In this document: positions 20,159 through 28,962 of the stretch, piece after piece | Layout of the letters: every line of letters starts with the position of its first letter | Position numbering within the stretch: the first letter of the stretch is position 1 | Assembly: GCA_031414955.1 (NCBI GenBank) | Contig: JANOQV010000123.1 | Coordinates: 1-64,000, forward strand | Direction: 5' to 3' | DNA length: 64,000 nt | Origin: Pedosphaera sp. | GTDB taxonomy: Bacteria > Verrucomicrobiota > Verrucomicrobiia > Limisphaerales > SIBH01 | Notes under the pieces: generated by a model | Database searches by the model: none | Told to the model about the DNA's origin: nothing | The model's input: only the letters and a program-made list of their open reading frames with translations | Position numbers and translations under genes: made by a program

Positions 20159-21385
20159 CTAGGGTTGGGCCGGGCCGCCCTCGCGGGTGACGGTGACGCG
20201 ACGCACATAAATTTCCGCCGGGTTGATTTCCAGGCGAAAGTCCGCGTCGCCATTCTGCCCGTTGCGGAACACGGCGTTGGTGAGATGAAACGTGGCCGTG
20301 CCCCACGAGCCAATCTCGGGCACTCGCGCGAAATCCGTGGTCGGCCCGAACTTCACCACCGGCGCGCTCTCCGGCAGCACGCTGACGTAATGATGGACCG
20401 CGTCATTTTTCACGCCGTCGAATTGCAGCCGCCAGTGGGTGCGTTTCTGGACGAAGTATTCCACGTCCACGCGCGCGTTGTTCAATCGGTCGCGCTTGAA
20501 GCTCGGGCTGAGGGCGAAGTAGAGGAAGCCAAACGTCTTGCTCTCCCGCCGCATGAGCCGGCAGGTCACACCGTCGAGGTTCTCGATCTGCGTGCGGCCG
20601 TCCGACTCGTCGAAGTGGTGGCGCAATCCATCCTCCGGTTTCTCCTGCCCAAGCGCGATGGTGACTTGATTGCTGGTGGAAAAATCCACCGGCCAGGCTT
20701 CACCCTTCACGGCTTCACGCGTCACCGTCACACGGCGCACGTACAACACGGGCGTCTTGGCGTAGAGACGAAAGTCCGCCTGACCATTCTGCCGGTTGCC
20801 GAACAGTCCATCGCCCCGCGTGTGGAACACCGCTTGTTGCCAGACATTCGTACCGGCAAAACGCACCGGGCGCAGCGCTTCCCGGTATCTCGGGCTGGCC
20901 ACGTCTTCGGCGTCGAGTGCGTCGTAATGGATGCCGAAGCTGCCCGGTTCCGGCGCGAGATACTCAACCTCAAACTGCGCGCCCCGAAGGTCGGGCTGTT
21001 TGTACGACGTATGGATCTGGAAATAAAAAAAGCTCACGCTGCGCCCCTCCTCCAGTCGGAGCGCGTGAGCGGACACGCCGCCCACGGCCTCAACGCCAGT
21101 GACCCCATCGCGCTGATCATCGACCTGCCTGAGACCGTGCGCAACTTCCCGGTCGCCCAGGAGCATCATGACTGAATTCGACGATCCGAAATCTTCCCCG
21201 GCGCCAAAGTCCGCCGCGCGCGACTCCGCCGTGCTGGCGGCTGGGTCAAGCGCGCGATGGCGGCGCGCGCGGAGGAAAAGGGTGAGCAAGATCGCCACGA
21301 TGATGGTCAGCCCGGCAGCCACGGACAGCAGGACCGTGAGCATGGACTTCGACGGCTGCGCTTGAGGATGTCGGTCGTTGCTCAT
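20159..21385 (-). CDS. Single-TM protein with two tandem beta-rich domains, function unknown
   Basis: N-terminal TM; internal repeat GLRQVDDQRDG/GLRHHFDESDG and FGNRQNGQADFRL/FRNGQNGDADFRL. Confidence 0.7.
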   Translation of the reverse strand: MSNDRHPQAQPSKSMLTVLLSVAAGLTIIVAILLTLFLRARRHRALDPAASTAESRAADFGAGEDFGSSNSVMMLLGDREVAHGLRQVDDQRDGVTGVEAVGGVSAHALRLEEGRSVSFFYFQIHTSYKQPDLRGAQFEVEYLAPEPGSFGIHYDALDAEDVASPRYREALRPVRFAGTNVWQQAVFHTRGDGLFGNRQNGQADFRLYAKTPVLYVRRVTVTREAVKGEAWPVDFSTSNQVTIALGQEKPEDGLRHHFDESDGRTQIENLDGVTCRLMRRESKTFGFLYFALSPSFKRDRLNNARVDVEYFVQKRTHWRLQFDGVKNDAVHHYVSVLPESAPVVKFGPTTDFARVPEIGSWGTATFHLTNAVFRNGQNGDADFRLEINPAEIYVRRVTVTREGGPAQP

Positions 21386-21490
21386 GTTGTGAGGAATCCT
21401 CGCCCGGCGGGCAGCGATTGATTTCTCGTTGATGGCGCGAGGCTAACCAGCTTCGACCGAAGCCTGCAACCGACATTCGCGCTCGGGTGC

Positions 21491-21652
21491 GATTGAAAGT
21501 GGCGGGCAGCGAAGTCAACGAGCCGGAGTGCGCCCGTCCCCGGGTGCAGCAATGTCCGCCCGCGCGAAGAGTTTGGAATTTGCCGACACCCTGCTGCGTT
21601 CCAGCTTGCTGCGCCCGAGGACGGGCGCACTCCGTGCCCGCCACTTTCAATC
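21491..21652. repeat. Long intergenic inverted repeat (REP/REPIN-like)
   Basis: GATTGAAAGTGGCGGGCA...CGGAGTGCGCCCGTCCCCGGGTGCAGCAA pairs with TTGCTGCGCCCGAGGACGGGCGCACTCCG-TGCCCGCCACTTTCAATC. Confidence 0.85.
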
Positions 21653-21683
21653 CAACCCTCGCGCTCCTCCAAGTCGACGGGTA

Positions 21684-21868
21684 CAGGGCAGACGCATCAA
21701 AATGTTTGGTTCCACGGGCTAAAACCCAAAATCCAAATCCCAAATAAGCTCTCAATTCCAAACTCCCATGGGAGTGCGAACGCCTGGTTTTGGAATTGGG
21801 GCCGTTGGAATTTATTTGGGTTTTGGATTTTCGTGCGAAACACCGCGAAATTAGATGCGTCCGCCCTG
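21684..21868. mobile_element. MITE-like non-coding element (185 bp)
   Basis: 15-bp terminal inverted repeats CAGGGCAGACGCATC / GATGCGTCCGCCCTG (1 mismatch); flanking 10-mers TCGACGGGTA and TTGACGGGTG (8/10) resemble a target-site duplication. Confidence 0.6.
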
Positions 21869-21924
21869 TTGACGGGTGCATCTCCCCTTGCGCTCAACAC
21901 GCTCCGCCAGAACGTTCGGCGCGG

Positions 21925-22227
21925 ATGGCCCGGCGCAACTCACAGGATCAGGTGAACTCCGTTCGCGAAAAACTCGGCCTGGATCGGCTGCGCCCATTTC
22001 CGCGCAAGATCGTGGTCGGCATCGTCGGCGGGCTTTGCTTCATGGCGGGCGTGGTCATGATTTTCACGCCCGGCCCCGCCGTGGTCTTCATTCCGCTGGG
22101 CATCCTGCTGCTGGCCACGGAATTTCCCTGGGCCGAGAGGTGGTTTCACCGGATGAAAGACACGATCCACAAAGCCCGCGCCCGCTGGCGTCTGCGCCGC
22201 CGCCGCCGCGCCCAGGCTCGATCCTGA
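21925..22227 (+). CDS. Small membrane protein, PGPGW family
   Basis: Two TMs around FTPGPAVV, LLATEFPWA, Arg-rich C-terminus. Confidence 0.8.
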   Translation: MARRNSQDQVNSVREKLGLDRLRPFPRKIVVGIVGGLCFMAGVVMIFTPGPAVVFIPLGILLLATEFPWAERWFHRMKDTIHKARARWRLRRRRRAQARS

Positions 22228-22283
22228 AGCGCCGGTTGTTCGTCACCCTTGATTTCCGCGCCGTGACCGCTTGAACTCCCGTC

Positions 22284-23204
22284 GTGCAACATCCGCTCAC
22301 CGGAATCATTCCGCCGCTCGTCACGCCGCTCGAGGATCGGGACACTCTTGATCGCGCCGGCCTGGAGCGCGTCATCGAGCACGTCATCAATGGCGGAGTG
22401 CATGGCCTGTTCCTGCTTGGCACGACTGGCGAAGGACCAAGCCTCAGCTATCGCCTCCGGCGCGAACTGATTGCCGCGGCCGGCAAGCAGGTCAAAGATC
22501 GGTTGCCCGTGCTCGTGGGCATCACGGACACCTCGTTCGTCGAGTCCGTGAACATGGCGCGCCATGCCGCCGAAGCGGGAGCTGAGGCCGTGGTGCTCGC
22601 GCCGCCCTATTACATGCCGGAAGGACAGCCAGAGTTGCGGGAGTATCTGGAACACTTGTTGCCTGAACTGCCCTTGCCGCTTTTTCTCTACAACATGCCG
22701 CCGCTGACCAAGGTGCCGTTCGAGTTGGAGACGGTGCGGTGGGCGATGGATCAACCGCGCATCCTGGGCATGAAGGACAGCTCGGGGAACATGATCTACT
22801 TCAACCAGGTCCGTGAACTTCTGCCGCACCGGCCCGACTGGTCGCTGCTGGTCGGCCCCGAGGAACTGCTCGCCGAGACGGTGCTGCTCGGAGCGAACGG
22901 CGGGGTGAGCGGCGGAGCGAACATTTTCCCGAAGTTGTATGTGGAGCTTTTCGCCGCCGCGCAACGCGGCGATCTCCAACGCGCCCGTGAGTTGCACGCG
23001 CTGGTCATGCAAGTGGCCGGACGGCTCTACCACATCGGCCGACACGCCTCGGCGGTGCTCAAAGGAATCAAGGGCGCACTGTCATGCCTGGGCCTCTGCG
23101 GCGACTTCATGGCCGAGCCGTTCCATCGTTTCCGTGAGCCGGAGCGGAAACTGATCGGGCACGCGGTGATGGAATTGAGCGAATCTATCCGCAAGGCCTT
23201 GTAG
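22284..23204 (+). CDS. Dihydrodipicolinate synthase-family aldolase
   Basis: GIIPPLVTP, LGTTGEG, PPYY, LYNMP, GMKDSSG. Confidence 0.9.
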   Translation: MQHPLTGIIPPLVTPLEDRDTLDRAGLERVIEHVINGGVHGLFLLGTTGEGPSLSYRLRRELIAAAGKQVKDRLPVLVGITDTSFVESVNMARHAAEAGAEAVVLAPPYYMPEGQPELREYLEHLLPELPLPLFLYNMPPLTKVPFELETVRWAMDQPRILGMKDSSGNMIYFNQVRELLPHRPDWSLLVGPEELLAETVLLGANGGVSGGANIFPKLYVELFAAAQRGDLQRARELHALVMQVAGRLYHIGRHASAVLKGIKGALSCLGLCGDFMAEPFHRFREPERKLIGHAVMELSESIRKAL

Positions 23205-23232
23205 CGGCGTCTCGGCCGAGCGCCGCGACCAA

Positions 23233-25695
23233 TCATTCACGGACCGTCGCCTGGAGCGCGCGTTTGAACTGCTCCACGATTTTTTCTTGCGCCGCGTTCA
23301 CTTCGGCATCGGTCAGCGTCTTCTCCGCGCTGCGATAGGTGAAGGCGTAAGCCATGCTCTTCTGTCCCTCGGGCACATTCTGGCCGCGGAAGACGTCGAA
23401 GAGTTCCACGCCCTCCAGATGCGGCGGTTTGACCTGCCGGACAGTGCCCAGCACGGCGTCGTGCGTGGTGGCTTCTGGCACAAGCATGGCTACGTCGCGG
23501 CGGATGCTCGGGAACAGCGGCAACGACTTGAAGGATTTCGACGGATTCCGCCGCGCCAGGAGATGATCGAGGCTCAACTCGGCGAGGAAAACTTTGTCGC
23601 GCAAGTCATAGCGCTTGGCCAGCGCAGGGGAAAGCTGGCCGATTTCGCCCAGAGTCAGTTTGCCGCCCAGGGCAATCGTGGCGGAATCCAGAAAAAGCGG
23701 CGTCGGTTCCGCGCGGCGCACATAACTCAGCCCGCGCAGTCCAAACTGCTCGAGGAACTCCTCGACCAACCCCTTGAGGTCGGAGAGGTCAAACTTGGCC
23801 TCCCGTTCCGCGCCGCTCCAGAACGACGGGCGGCGCTGACCCACGAGGGCGAGGGCGAGGCGGCGCTCTTCCACCATTCCGTTGGCGTCCGACCGGCTTC
23901 CTTTCGCCGACGGGCCGCTGGCCGCACTTTCAAACACGCGTCCAATCTCGAACAACGCCACGTCGTAGTTCTTGCGCGCGATGTTGTGCCGCAGCGCGTC
24001 GAGCAAACCGGGCAGCAACGAGGGCCGCAGCACATTCATGTCGCTGCTCAAGGGATTGGCCAGCGCCACAACCGAACCGGAGGCGAGCCTGGCCGCTGAG
24101 TCAGAGATGAGCGTCTGCCCTTGCGCCTCATTCAAGCCCAACCCTGTGAGCAACCGGCGCGCTTCGGCGATCTCGTCGTAAATCGCATCGAATTCGTTCG
24201 CACCAATCGCACCGCGCGGCGGCGTGCTGGGAATTTTGTCCACCCCATGCAACCGCGCGACCTCCTCGATAAGATCGACTTCGCGCTTCAAGTCCACGCG
24301 GAAGGTCGGGATGGCGAAGGTCATCGGCGCCGTGGTCGTCAGCCCAAGCGACGTGAGATGGCGCGTAATGACTTCGTTGCTCAACTCTATGCCGAGCAGT
24401 TGCGAAACTTTCTCAGGGCGCAACGTGATGGTCTTCGGCTCCACCTGTTTCGGATAAACATCCACGACGCCCTCGGCCAGTTGCCCGCCGGCGGTTTCGA
24501 GAATCAACTGGCACGCGCGGCGGCTCGCGAAGTCCACACCCCAGTTCGGATCGCATCCACGCTCGAAGCGATACGACGAGTCCGTCCGCAAGCCGAGCGT
24601 CTTGCTCGTGCGCCGGATGTTCGTCGGGTTGAAATACGCCGACTCGATCAGCACATCCACGGTGCGCTCGTTAATGCCAGTGTTCTCTCCGCCCATGACG
24701 CCCGCGAGCGCGATGCCCTTCTGTTCGTCGGCGATGAGCAACTGGTCGTTCGCCAAAGTGCGTTCCACCGCGTCGAGCGTCTTGAATTTTTCCCCGGCGT
24801 TCGCGCGCCGTACGACGATAGTCGGCTGGCCGTTCGCGCCTTTGGCAATGAGGTGATAGTCAAACGCGTGCAACGGCTGCCCGCTCTCCAGCATCACAAA
24901 ATTCGTCACGTCCACCACGTTGCTGATGCTCCGCAGCCCGACCTTCTCCAACGCCGCGCGCAACCAGTCAGGACTCGGCCCCACCTTCACTCCGCGAATC
25001 ACCCGGGCCGTGTAACGCGGACAAAGATCCGCATCCTCCACCCGAACCGCGACGAGTTCACCCGTCTTCCCACTGATGACTGAAGACTGATGACTGATTA
25101 CCTCCGGTAGCTTGAGAGGATTCCCCGTCAGCGCCGCAATCTCCCGCGCGATGCCGATGACGCTGTTCCAGTCCGGCCGGTTCGGCGTAATCTCCAAATC
25201 GTAAACCACATCGCTGCCGCTGCGCCCGAGATACTCCGCGAACGGCTGGCCGACCTTCGCATCTGGCTTGAGGATGAGCAGGCCATCAACTTGATCAGGC
25301 AGCGCGAGTTCGGCAGGCGAACACATCATGCCGTGCGACTCGACGTTGCGAATTTTCCCGACCTTGATGGTGAACGGCTCCTTGTCGCCCGGCTTAATCG
25401 GCAGCGCCGCGCCCGGCAAAATGAGCGGCACCTTGTCGCCGGCCTGGAAATTCTGCGCGCCGCAAACAATCTGGCGTTCGCCGGTGCCGTCGTTCACACG
25501 ACAGACGGAAAGTTTGTCCGCATTCGGATGTTTGTCGCGCGTGATGACCTGCGCCACGACGATGCCGGCGAATTCACCACCGACCTTGGTGACGCCCTCG
25601 ACTTCGAGACCGAGCATGGTGAGCCGCTCGGTGAGTTCCTCCGGCGACCAGTCGAAATCCACGTATTGCTTGAGCCAGTTGAGTGTGACTTTCAT
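23233..25695 (-). CDS. pheT: Phenylalanine-tRNA ligase beta subunit
   Basis: MKVTLNWLKQYV, HPNADKL, EITPNRPD, GQPLHAFD, RFERG, EVDLIEEVAR, FDX-ACB C-terminus. Confidence 0.97.
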   Translation of the reverse strand: MKVTLNWLKQYVDFDWSPEELTERLTMLGLEVEGVTKVGGEFAGIVVAQVITRDKHPNADKLSVCRVNDGTGERQIVCGAQNFQAGDKVPLILPGAALPIKPGDKEPFTIKVGKIRNVESHGMMCSPAELALPDQVDGLLILKPDAKVGQPFAEYLGRSGSDVVYDLEITPNRPDWNSVIGIAREIAALTGNPLKLPEVISHQSSVISGKTGELVAVRVEDADLCPRYTARVIRGVKVGPSPDWLRAALEKVGLRSISNVVDVTNFVMLESGQPLHAFDYHLIAKGANGQPTIVVRRANAGEKFKTLDAVERTLANDQLLIADEQKGIALAGVMGGENTGINERTVDVLIESAYFNPTNIRRTSKTLGLRTDSSYRFERGCDPNWGVDFASRRACQLILETAGGQLAEGVVDVYPKQVEPKTITLRPEKVSQLLGIELSNEVITRHLTSLGLTTTAPMTFAIPTFRVDLKREVDLIEEVARLHGVDKIPSTPPRGAIGANEFDAIYDEIAEARRLLTGLGLNEAQGQTLISDSAARLASGSVVALANPLSSDMNVLRPSLLPGLLDALRHNIARKNYDVALFEIGRVFESAASGPSAKGSRSDANGMVEERRLALALVGQRRPSFWSGAEREAKFDLSDLKGLVEEFLEQFGLRGLSYVRRAEPTPLFLDSATIALGGKLTLGEIGQLSPALAKRYDLRDKVFLAELSLDHLLARRNPSKSFKSLPLFPSIRRDVAMLVPEATTHDAVLGTVRQVKPPHLEGVELFDVFRGQNVPEGQKSMAYAFTYRSAEKTLTDAEVNAAQEKIVEQFKRALQATVRE

Positions 25696-25703
25696 TTGGA
25701 AAA

Positions 25704-26420
25704 TTAGTCTGTGTAGCCGGGCAGATGGTGTTTGGCCCAGTGCTTGAGCGCGCGATGCTCGTTGGACTGCAATCGGGCAACGGCTGGAGCCAGACGCCGA
25801 TCCAATCGCGTATCGTCCTCGAAAAAATCCATCTGTGCGGTCTTGGTCGCCCGCGCTCGCGCCACCCATCGGCTCGCGCGCAATGTCGCCGGGTTTTCAG
25901 CTTGCCGGCAAAATTCGCACTTCAAAAATTCCGTCAGCAACTGGTGATGCAGCTTGTCCTGCCCACGATCTTTGATTCGCAGCAATGCCGTCTTCTCAGT
26001 GAACAGGACGGAGGCTTCCACCACGTTGAAGGAGAATTCCGCCAACTGAACCAAGCGTGCCGTTTGAGCCACCATTTGCGGATCGATTCGCAGCCCGGTT
26101 TCCAGAAAATCCACTTCGAGTCCCGCGTAGTGAAACGTGTGAGTTGTTTTGTCGAAATCTGTCTCGAGCAAGTCAGCGGCTTCATTGATGTCCAGGCCCA
26201 TGAAGTCCACGTCCTTGCTCAACCATTCGTCCTTTTGGGCCGGAGTCCAAGCGGGCAGAGGAAAGTCTGCGTCGTTCCATTGGCGCAATGTCTCCCGGTA
26301 AAACCACGCGGCCCCACCGCCGATCAGGACGACCGATTCAAGAAAACCGGGGAACGCCTCGTGCAATTGCTTGAGCGCGAGACGAACCTTTTCCCAATCG
26401 TAGATCTTAGGCAGCGCCAT
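25704..26420 (-). CDS. Putative nucleotidyltransferase toxin (AbiEii/MenT-like superfamily)
   Basis: VLIGGGAAW, SKDVDF (DxD), later EK...RGQDKLH; starts immediately after the small upstream ORF. Confidence 0.6.
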   Translation of the reverse strand: MALPKIYDWEKVRLALKQLHEAFPGFLESVVLIGGGAAWFYRETLRQWNDADFPLPAWTPAQKDEWLSKDVDFMGLDINEAADLLETDFDKTTHTFHYAGLEVDFLETGLRIDPQMVAQTARLVQLAEFSFNVVEASVLFTEKTALLRIKDRGQDKLHHQLLTEFLKCEFCRQAENPATLRASRWVARARATKTAQMDFFEDDTRLDRRLAPAVARLQSNEHRALKHWAKHHLPGYTD

Positions 26421-26421
26421 C

Positions 26422-26616
26422 TCAGTCAATCTTCATTACGTCGGGCGCCTGCTCGACGATGGTGAACGGCCCGAGGTCTCGCGCCATGCGCTCCAGTTCC
26501 TCGGCGGTGTAGCGATGGCCCGGCTGCTTCTTCCAAAGCTGCTTTCGCTCGTAATGCGCCGCGCGCGCAGCTTCCTTGGCCGCGTCTTCGCTCAGATTGT
26601 GCTCCGGGCTATTCAT
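26422..26616 (-). CDS. Small hypothetical protein, candidate antitoxin (paralogue of 26673-26876)
   Basis: ERKQLWKKQPGHRYTAEELERMARDLGPFTI; stop lies 1 nt before the NTase ATG. Confidence 0.65.
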   Translation of the reverse strand: MNSPEHNLSEDAAKEAARAAHYERKQLWKKQPGHRYTAEELERMARDLGPFTIVEQAPDVMKID

Positions 26617-26672
26617 CGTGTGAATCGTAGGCGGTTCGCCGGCCAATTGCCAGCACGCGACTACTGCTCCCG

Positions 26673-26876
26673 TCAGGCGATGTACATCACCTTCCTGCGG
26701 CGCCTGTGGATGGTGAACGGGCCAAAGTTTTCCGCCATGAGCTTAAACTCCTCCGGCGTGTAGCGGTGGCCGGGGAGTTCCTTCCACTTCTGCTTCCGCT
26801 CGGATGAGGCGGCGCGCTCGGCCTCGGCCGCTTCGGCCTCCGGCGTCTTGGACATTTTGATGTGGTCAGGGCGCAT
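26673..26876 (-). CDS. Small hypothetical protein (paralogue of 26422-26616)
   Basis: ERKQKWKELPGHRYTPEEFKLMAENFGPFTI. Confidence 0.65.
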   Translation of the reverse strand: MRPDHIKMSKTPEAEAAEAERAASSERKQKWKELPGHRYTPEEFKLMAENFGPFTIHRRRRKVMYIA

Positions 26877-26881
26877 GAGTT

Positions 26882-27085
26882 TCAGAGCGGCAGCGGTTGC
26901 CCATAAACGCGTTGGAAAAGTTGTTGCCGGAGCTGGTCAGCGGACAACCCTTCAGGCAGCGACGCCAAGATCATCTCGCGCGCGGCGTCGAACATCAGCG
27001 CGCCCATGACGAAGCGTTCTTCAGCCGGGCGGGCCATCAGCTTTTGCCGGACGAGTTCGGCGATTTCTGGCGAGGTGTCAGTCAT
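26882..27085 (-). CDS. Small helical protein, MenA1-like candidate antitoxin
   Basis: MTDTSPEIAELVRQKLMARPAEERFVMGALMFDAAREMILASL; overlaps the upstream NTase stop by 8 nt. Confidence 0.65.
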   Translation of the reverse strand: MTDTSPEIAELVRQKLMARPAEERFVMGALMFDAAREMILASLPEGLSADQLRQQLFQRVYGQPLPL

Positions 27086-27620
27086 GCGCGATTTCCGGCC
27101 AGAGCGTATCCAAGCCGAGCAGTGTCGTCCAACGCTCGATGTAGGCCCGGTCATAGCCGGTGGAGACGAGGTTCTTCACGTCCCGAAGCTGCTGTTCGGA
27201 GCGGGAGTCCTTCGCCCAAAACAGCTTGGAGAGAATGAGGTCTTCCTTGCTGACGATCCACGTTTCGAAGTCGCGGATTTTGATGCGCTGGCGGCGGTCG
27301 AACTCGGCGCGGCGATACTCGTTCTGCTTGCGCACGATGCAGTCCACTTTGATGACGCTCTCCTGATGAATCAGGTTGAACAGCGACTCGTGCGCGATGG
27401 AACTGTCCACGGCCTCGCGGGAAACGTAGTAGTCGGGACTGAACAGGCGGACAATGCGGTCGGTGTCGCCGGCTTGCAGCGCAATCACCAGATCAATGTC
27501 GCGGGTCATGCGCGGCTGGGCGTAATAGTTCATGGCCATCGAACCCGTGAGCATGTAGGCAAGGCCCGCAGAATCGAGCCGCGCAGATACGTCGCGCACA
27601 ATATCGAGTTCGTTTTGCAT
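27078..27620 (-). CDS. Nucleotidyltransferase, MenT1-like (AbiEii/DUF6036-type)
   Basis: YMLTGSMAMNYYAQPRMTRDIDLVI; KEDLILSKL...RSEQQLRDV. Confidence 0.75.
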   Translation of the reverse strand: MQNELDIVRDVSARLDSAGLAYMLTGSMAMNYYAQPRMTRDIDLVIALQAGDTDRIVRLFSPDYYVSREAVDSSIAHESLFNLIHQESVIKVDCIVRKQNEYRRAEFDRRQRIKIRDFETWIVSKEDLILSKLFWAKDSRSEQQLRDVKNLVSTGYDRAYIERWTTLLGLDTLWPEIAHD

Positions 27621-27645
27621 GGGGCGATGAGGACGATCCTCAACT

Positions 27646-28650
27646 TCAGAACTGCCTCAGGAACCGCACGTCATTCTCGTAGAACAGCCGGATGTCGTTG
27701 ATGCCGTAGCGGAGCATGGCGATGCGCTCTATGCCGAAGCCGAAGGCCCAGCCGCTCCACACTTCGGGATCGTAGCCGACGTTCTCGAAAACCTGCGGAT
27801 GCACCATGCCGCAGCCGGCGATCTCCAGCCAGTCCTTGCCCAGCTTCTTCACGAGCGAGTTGGTAAAATCAATTTCCAGGCTCGGCTCGGTGTAGCTGAA
27901 GTAGTGCGGACGGAAACGCAACTTCACGTCGTCGCCGAGCACTTGTTTGAAGACAAATTCCACGGTGCCCTTGAGGTCGCCGACGGTCACGTTCTTGTCC
28001 ACGTAGAGTCCCTCGATCTGCTGGAAGGCCGGGTTGTGCGTGGCGTCCGCGTTGTCGCGACGATAGACGCGGCCCGGCGCGATGATGCGGATGGGCGGCG
28101 GCTGTGATTGCATCACGCGAATCTGCACGGACGACGTGTGCGTGCGGAGGAGCGGACGGCCCGGCACATCCACGTAGAACGTGTCCTGCGTGTCGCGCGC
28201 GGGATGGTCGGCAGGCGTGTTCAAAGAGTCGAAGCAATGATACTCGTCCTCGATCTCGGGCCCGTCCGCGACCACGAAACCAATCTTGCGGAAGGCGCGC
28301 ACGATGTCATCGGTGACTTGCGTGAGCGGATGCAATTTGCCAAGCGCGCGGCGGCGACCCGGCAGCGTGAAGTCCGTCGGCTCCGTGGGCAGCGCGGCTT
28401 TCAGTTCCAGTTCCTCGCGGCGCGCGGTGAGCGTGGCTTCGAGTTCGACCTTGGCGGCATTGATGAGTTTGCCCGCGACTGGCTTCTCTTCTTTCGAGAG
28501 TGTGCCGAGCTGTTTCATCAGCGCGGTGAACTTGCCGTTCGGCCCGATCCACGCGCCCTTGGTTTGTTCCAGCGCGGGCGCGTCGGCGGCGGCTTTCAGT
28601 TCCGCGAGCGCGGCCTGTTTCAGCGGTTCAATTTCGTCGAGCAAAGGCAT
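27646..28650 (-). CDS. pheS: Phenylalanine-tRNA ligase alpha subunit
   Basis: HPARDTQDTFY, LRTHTSSVQIR, GRVYRRD, RFRPHYFSYTEPS, GCGMVHP, GWAFGFGIER. Confidence 0.97.
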   Translation of the reverse strand: MPLLDEIEPLKQAALAELKAAADAPALEQTKGAWIGPNGKFTALMKQLGTLSKEEKPVAGKLINAAKVELEATLTARREELELKAALPTEPTDFTLPGRRRALGKLHPLTQVTDDIVRAFRKIGFVVADGPEIEDEYHCFDSLNTPADHPARDTQDTFYVDVPGRPLLRTHTSSVQIRVMQSQPPPIRIIAPGRVYRRDNADATHNPAFQQIEGLYVDKNVTVGDLKGTVEFVFKQVLGDDVKLRFRPHYFSYTEPSLEIDFTNSLVKKLGKDWLEIAGCGMVHPQVFENVGYDPEVWSGWAFGFGIERIAMLRYGINDIRLFYENDVRFLRQF

Positions 28651-28962
28651 AAGTCGGGGCACTTTTTAGCCGCGCCACCTTGTGAATGACACGAAGAAAG
28701 TTCCGTCACGGGCGCCGCATTGTAATGGAGCAGGGAAGAAAGCAATGCTCGGAGACGTGACGACCGAGCAATCGTCCGGCGGCTGTTGAGCGCGAGTGGC
28801 GGCGGCGGACGGAATTGTTCACAACTTGCGAGTGCGCATGGTTTCAGGCTTCTCCCCTGCGGCAAATCCGGCGGACGATTATGGGGAGGAGCGCGATCAC
28901 GGACGGCTGGTTGAATTTTCATAACATTGCTCAGTATAGGGACGCAGGATGTCGCCCCAGCC

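Noticed and set aside
28660..28960. pheM-like leader peptide or T-box upstream of pheS
   Set aside because: No Phe-rich short ORF, T-box consensus or terminator was recognised.
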